A program made the translations under genes and the position numbers. The notes under the pieces are model-generated. The model did no database searches. It worked only from the letters and a program-made list of their open reading frames with translations, and was not told where the DNA came from. From a virus: DNA of 64,000 bases. The DNA lies in the IMG/VR virus record IMGVR_UViG_3300045988_149572. The stretch is one strand, 5' to 3'. Shown piece by piece: positions 63,601 to 64,000 of this stretch. The first letter of the stretch is position 1, and every line of letters starts with the position of its first letter.

Positions 63601-64000
63601 AATAAGATGCACGCAGAGATAGTGTCTCCAAAGGACGCAGACGGAAGGTTCGTTGTCAATGTGGATGATGGCGAGTCTATGCGCACTCTGTATGTCACCC
63701 CTGAGGAGTTGGCTGCAATGGAATACAGAGAGGAGCCATCGACAAAGGCGGAAGAGACAAGGCTTGCCACCGAGGATTCCTCGGATAAGGCATTGGAGAG
63801 AGGAGCGCAACCGACAGAAGAACACGCCCCGACTGCGCTTGAGCGTATTCCGAGAGATGAAAAAGGCAACGCTCAATTCCACGATGTTGACACCGAGACC
63901 GCTTGGGACGGTCTCGTGGAGATGTCGGGCAACGAGGAAACCGCACATAAGGTGGCGGAAGCATCGCTCGCCAATGCCGAGAAGAGGTTGAAGGCGGCAA
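60619..64000 (+). CDS. giant protein, N-terminal 1127 codons (3' end runs off the window)
   Basis: Not in the ORF track because it has no stop. I hand-translated frame 1 from ATG 60619 to base 63999 and found no stop codon. Duplicated 22-aa motif near the start (IYNALREKGVVTKSYEEF / VYNALAQQGLITKSYKQF). Confidence 0.8.
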   Translation, partial: MADLNKIYNALREKGVVTKSYEEFANAMADGNKRKNVYNALAQQGLITKSYKQFSDAVAPSHAPQTTQSTSTAPRNNDWVKQGLSVLKGVPSMPTPNIPSYRPTPLKPSEQNFDEIIANGFVYKDDNTYNSVVSGLDERIKQAQQQYDALLKQHSQNVKKGRKEASFWERLGAMPDVDDVPTKTSDDVLTPESDQLRAARETLHRLQNTRVQLERGRESKTQGEELDKRKKNGSGLLERAAYKTAISLENFGKGFMDALRGSDMWATNDAANDLMAVKNIVHKVDKWNALTDKEKSAMTSDDLLKVKPTDEELEILNNYALAYNVNAQAQDPISSNWSYKAGGVSANSALFGIEMAASGGMNVSSSAGRAIEKGALKLSQKAVKNGLEKLVGKTFEKSLARKIAGGVGQLPVQFGMGALESTVLQNGLTERKAQEYEIGTPLMSMDENGALRYSGSLGKLDAKGAHNRALVEQTIENQTEMLGGQIGEVLGGLTKVGVKVLNKMKLGENITKLMTDVSSNQFNRIMNNALNTAGYNGFLGEYLEEHAGDVEQALFLGTMTFDTDPETGIYNKEHILETMSGLAPMMGGHMVMEGTSYGASRARMAMMLSMAERKGSKLFGDERWAQVKQSLGGLDNQQFADKLSSMLQDKTLSDKQKKAVYNYAFYEKARQGFELMSLKQDMEGAVSLIDKNSRTNFVIGYKKGGQAAGELLTNLQKAQRNLRVRLGDYGYRQLFEENGDDFNKAYNSGMLDTDQKKQAYLDYVNALSCYQGALQRLHNDKKSELVNAKTDVDNIMDEQGNIVSATTTDGKKVNIVNGNVVLNEDGSVNVEKSGSLVVVDSDGKRKMISASEVASVDSVTKASDVLAQKNKEIVDKYATEEMSQKIQVGAQLPILTPNGSVIATIVSVNEDGSVSFKMGDSENIITTDAYNLYVMNLNAEVSSALREDDDAEQSTESVPEVATEGERPLTDVPSPAEESREYAQGDVFDVVVDGNKMHAEIVSPKDADGRFVVNVDDGESMRTLYVTPEELAAMEYREEPSTKAEETRLATEDSSDKALERGAQPTEEHAPTALERIPRDEKGNAQFHDVDTETAWDGLVEMSGNEETAHKVAEASLANAEKRLKAA

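Noticed and set aside
60628-63948. Many minus-strand ORFs of 60-175 aa listed in the track
   Set aside because: All lie opposite the unterminated + strand frame-1 ORF, which I translated without finding a stop. The track omitted the real gene only because it lacks a stop inside the window.
1-64000. Treating the window as proven to be a closed 64,000-bp circle
   Set aside because: Frame compatibility and a plausible junction peptide are suggestive. An exact 64,000-bp genome would be a coincidence of window size, so this is kept as a hypothesis in the findings only.

Overview
The window looks like a nearly complete temperate phage genome in its non-integrated form. The likely host is Bacteroidota: several intergenic regions carry TAnnTTTG -7 boxes, the integrase starts with the Bacteroidales-type MATIKA N-terminus, and there is an IS110 insertion. 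No host genes, rRNA or CRISPR arrays were seen.

Layout:
- 60619-64000 and 3-9089 (+): two edge-truncated pieces of a giant polyvalent MuF-like protein.
- 9106-24668: portal, convergent packaging operon (TerL, a rhomboid protease, possible TerS), scaffold, major capsid, fibre genes, holin and M15 endolysin.
- 24670-29730: accessory genes, including an unknown gene paired with an HTH-ImmA/IrrE gene, a possible u-spanin, and small membrane or Cys-rich proteins.
- 29758-31300: tyrosine integrase and an attP-like region with TTGCACAACA repeats.
- 52542 down to 31333 (-): long early operon. It holds an Xis-like HTH, a tRNA-like ncRNA block, ERF/exonuclease/SSB-like/NinB/RuvC, a replisome organizer with internal iterons, DnaB, dUTPase, a split multi-TRD C5 methyltransferase with poly-G tracts, a PI-PLC-like protein, the IS110 element, an N6/N4 methyltransferase and an 895-aa orphan.
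- 52543-57200: CI-like switch plus secreted, lipoprotein and HTH cargo.

No tape measure, tail tube or sheath was recognised, so a podovirus-like virion is inferred. All functional calls come from motif reading by eye, not from database searches.
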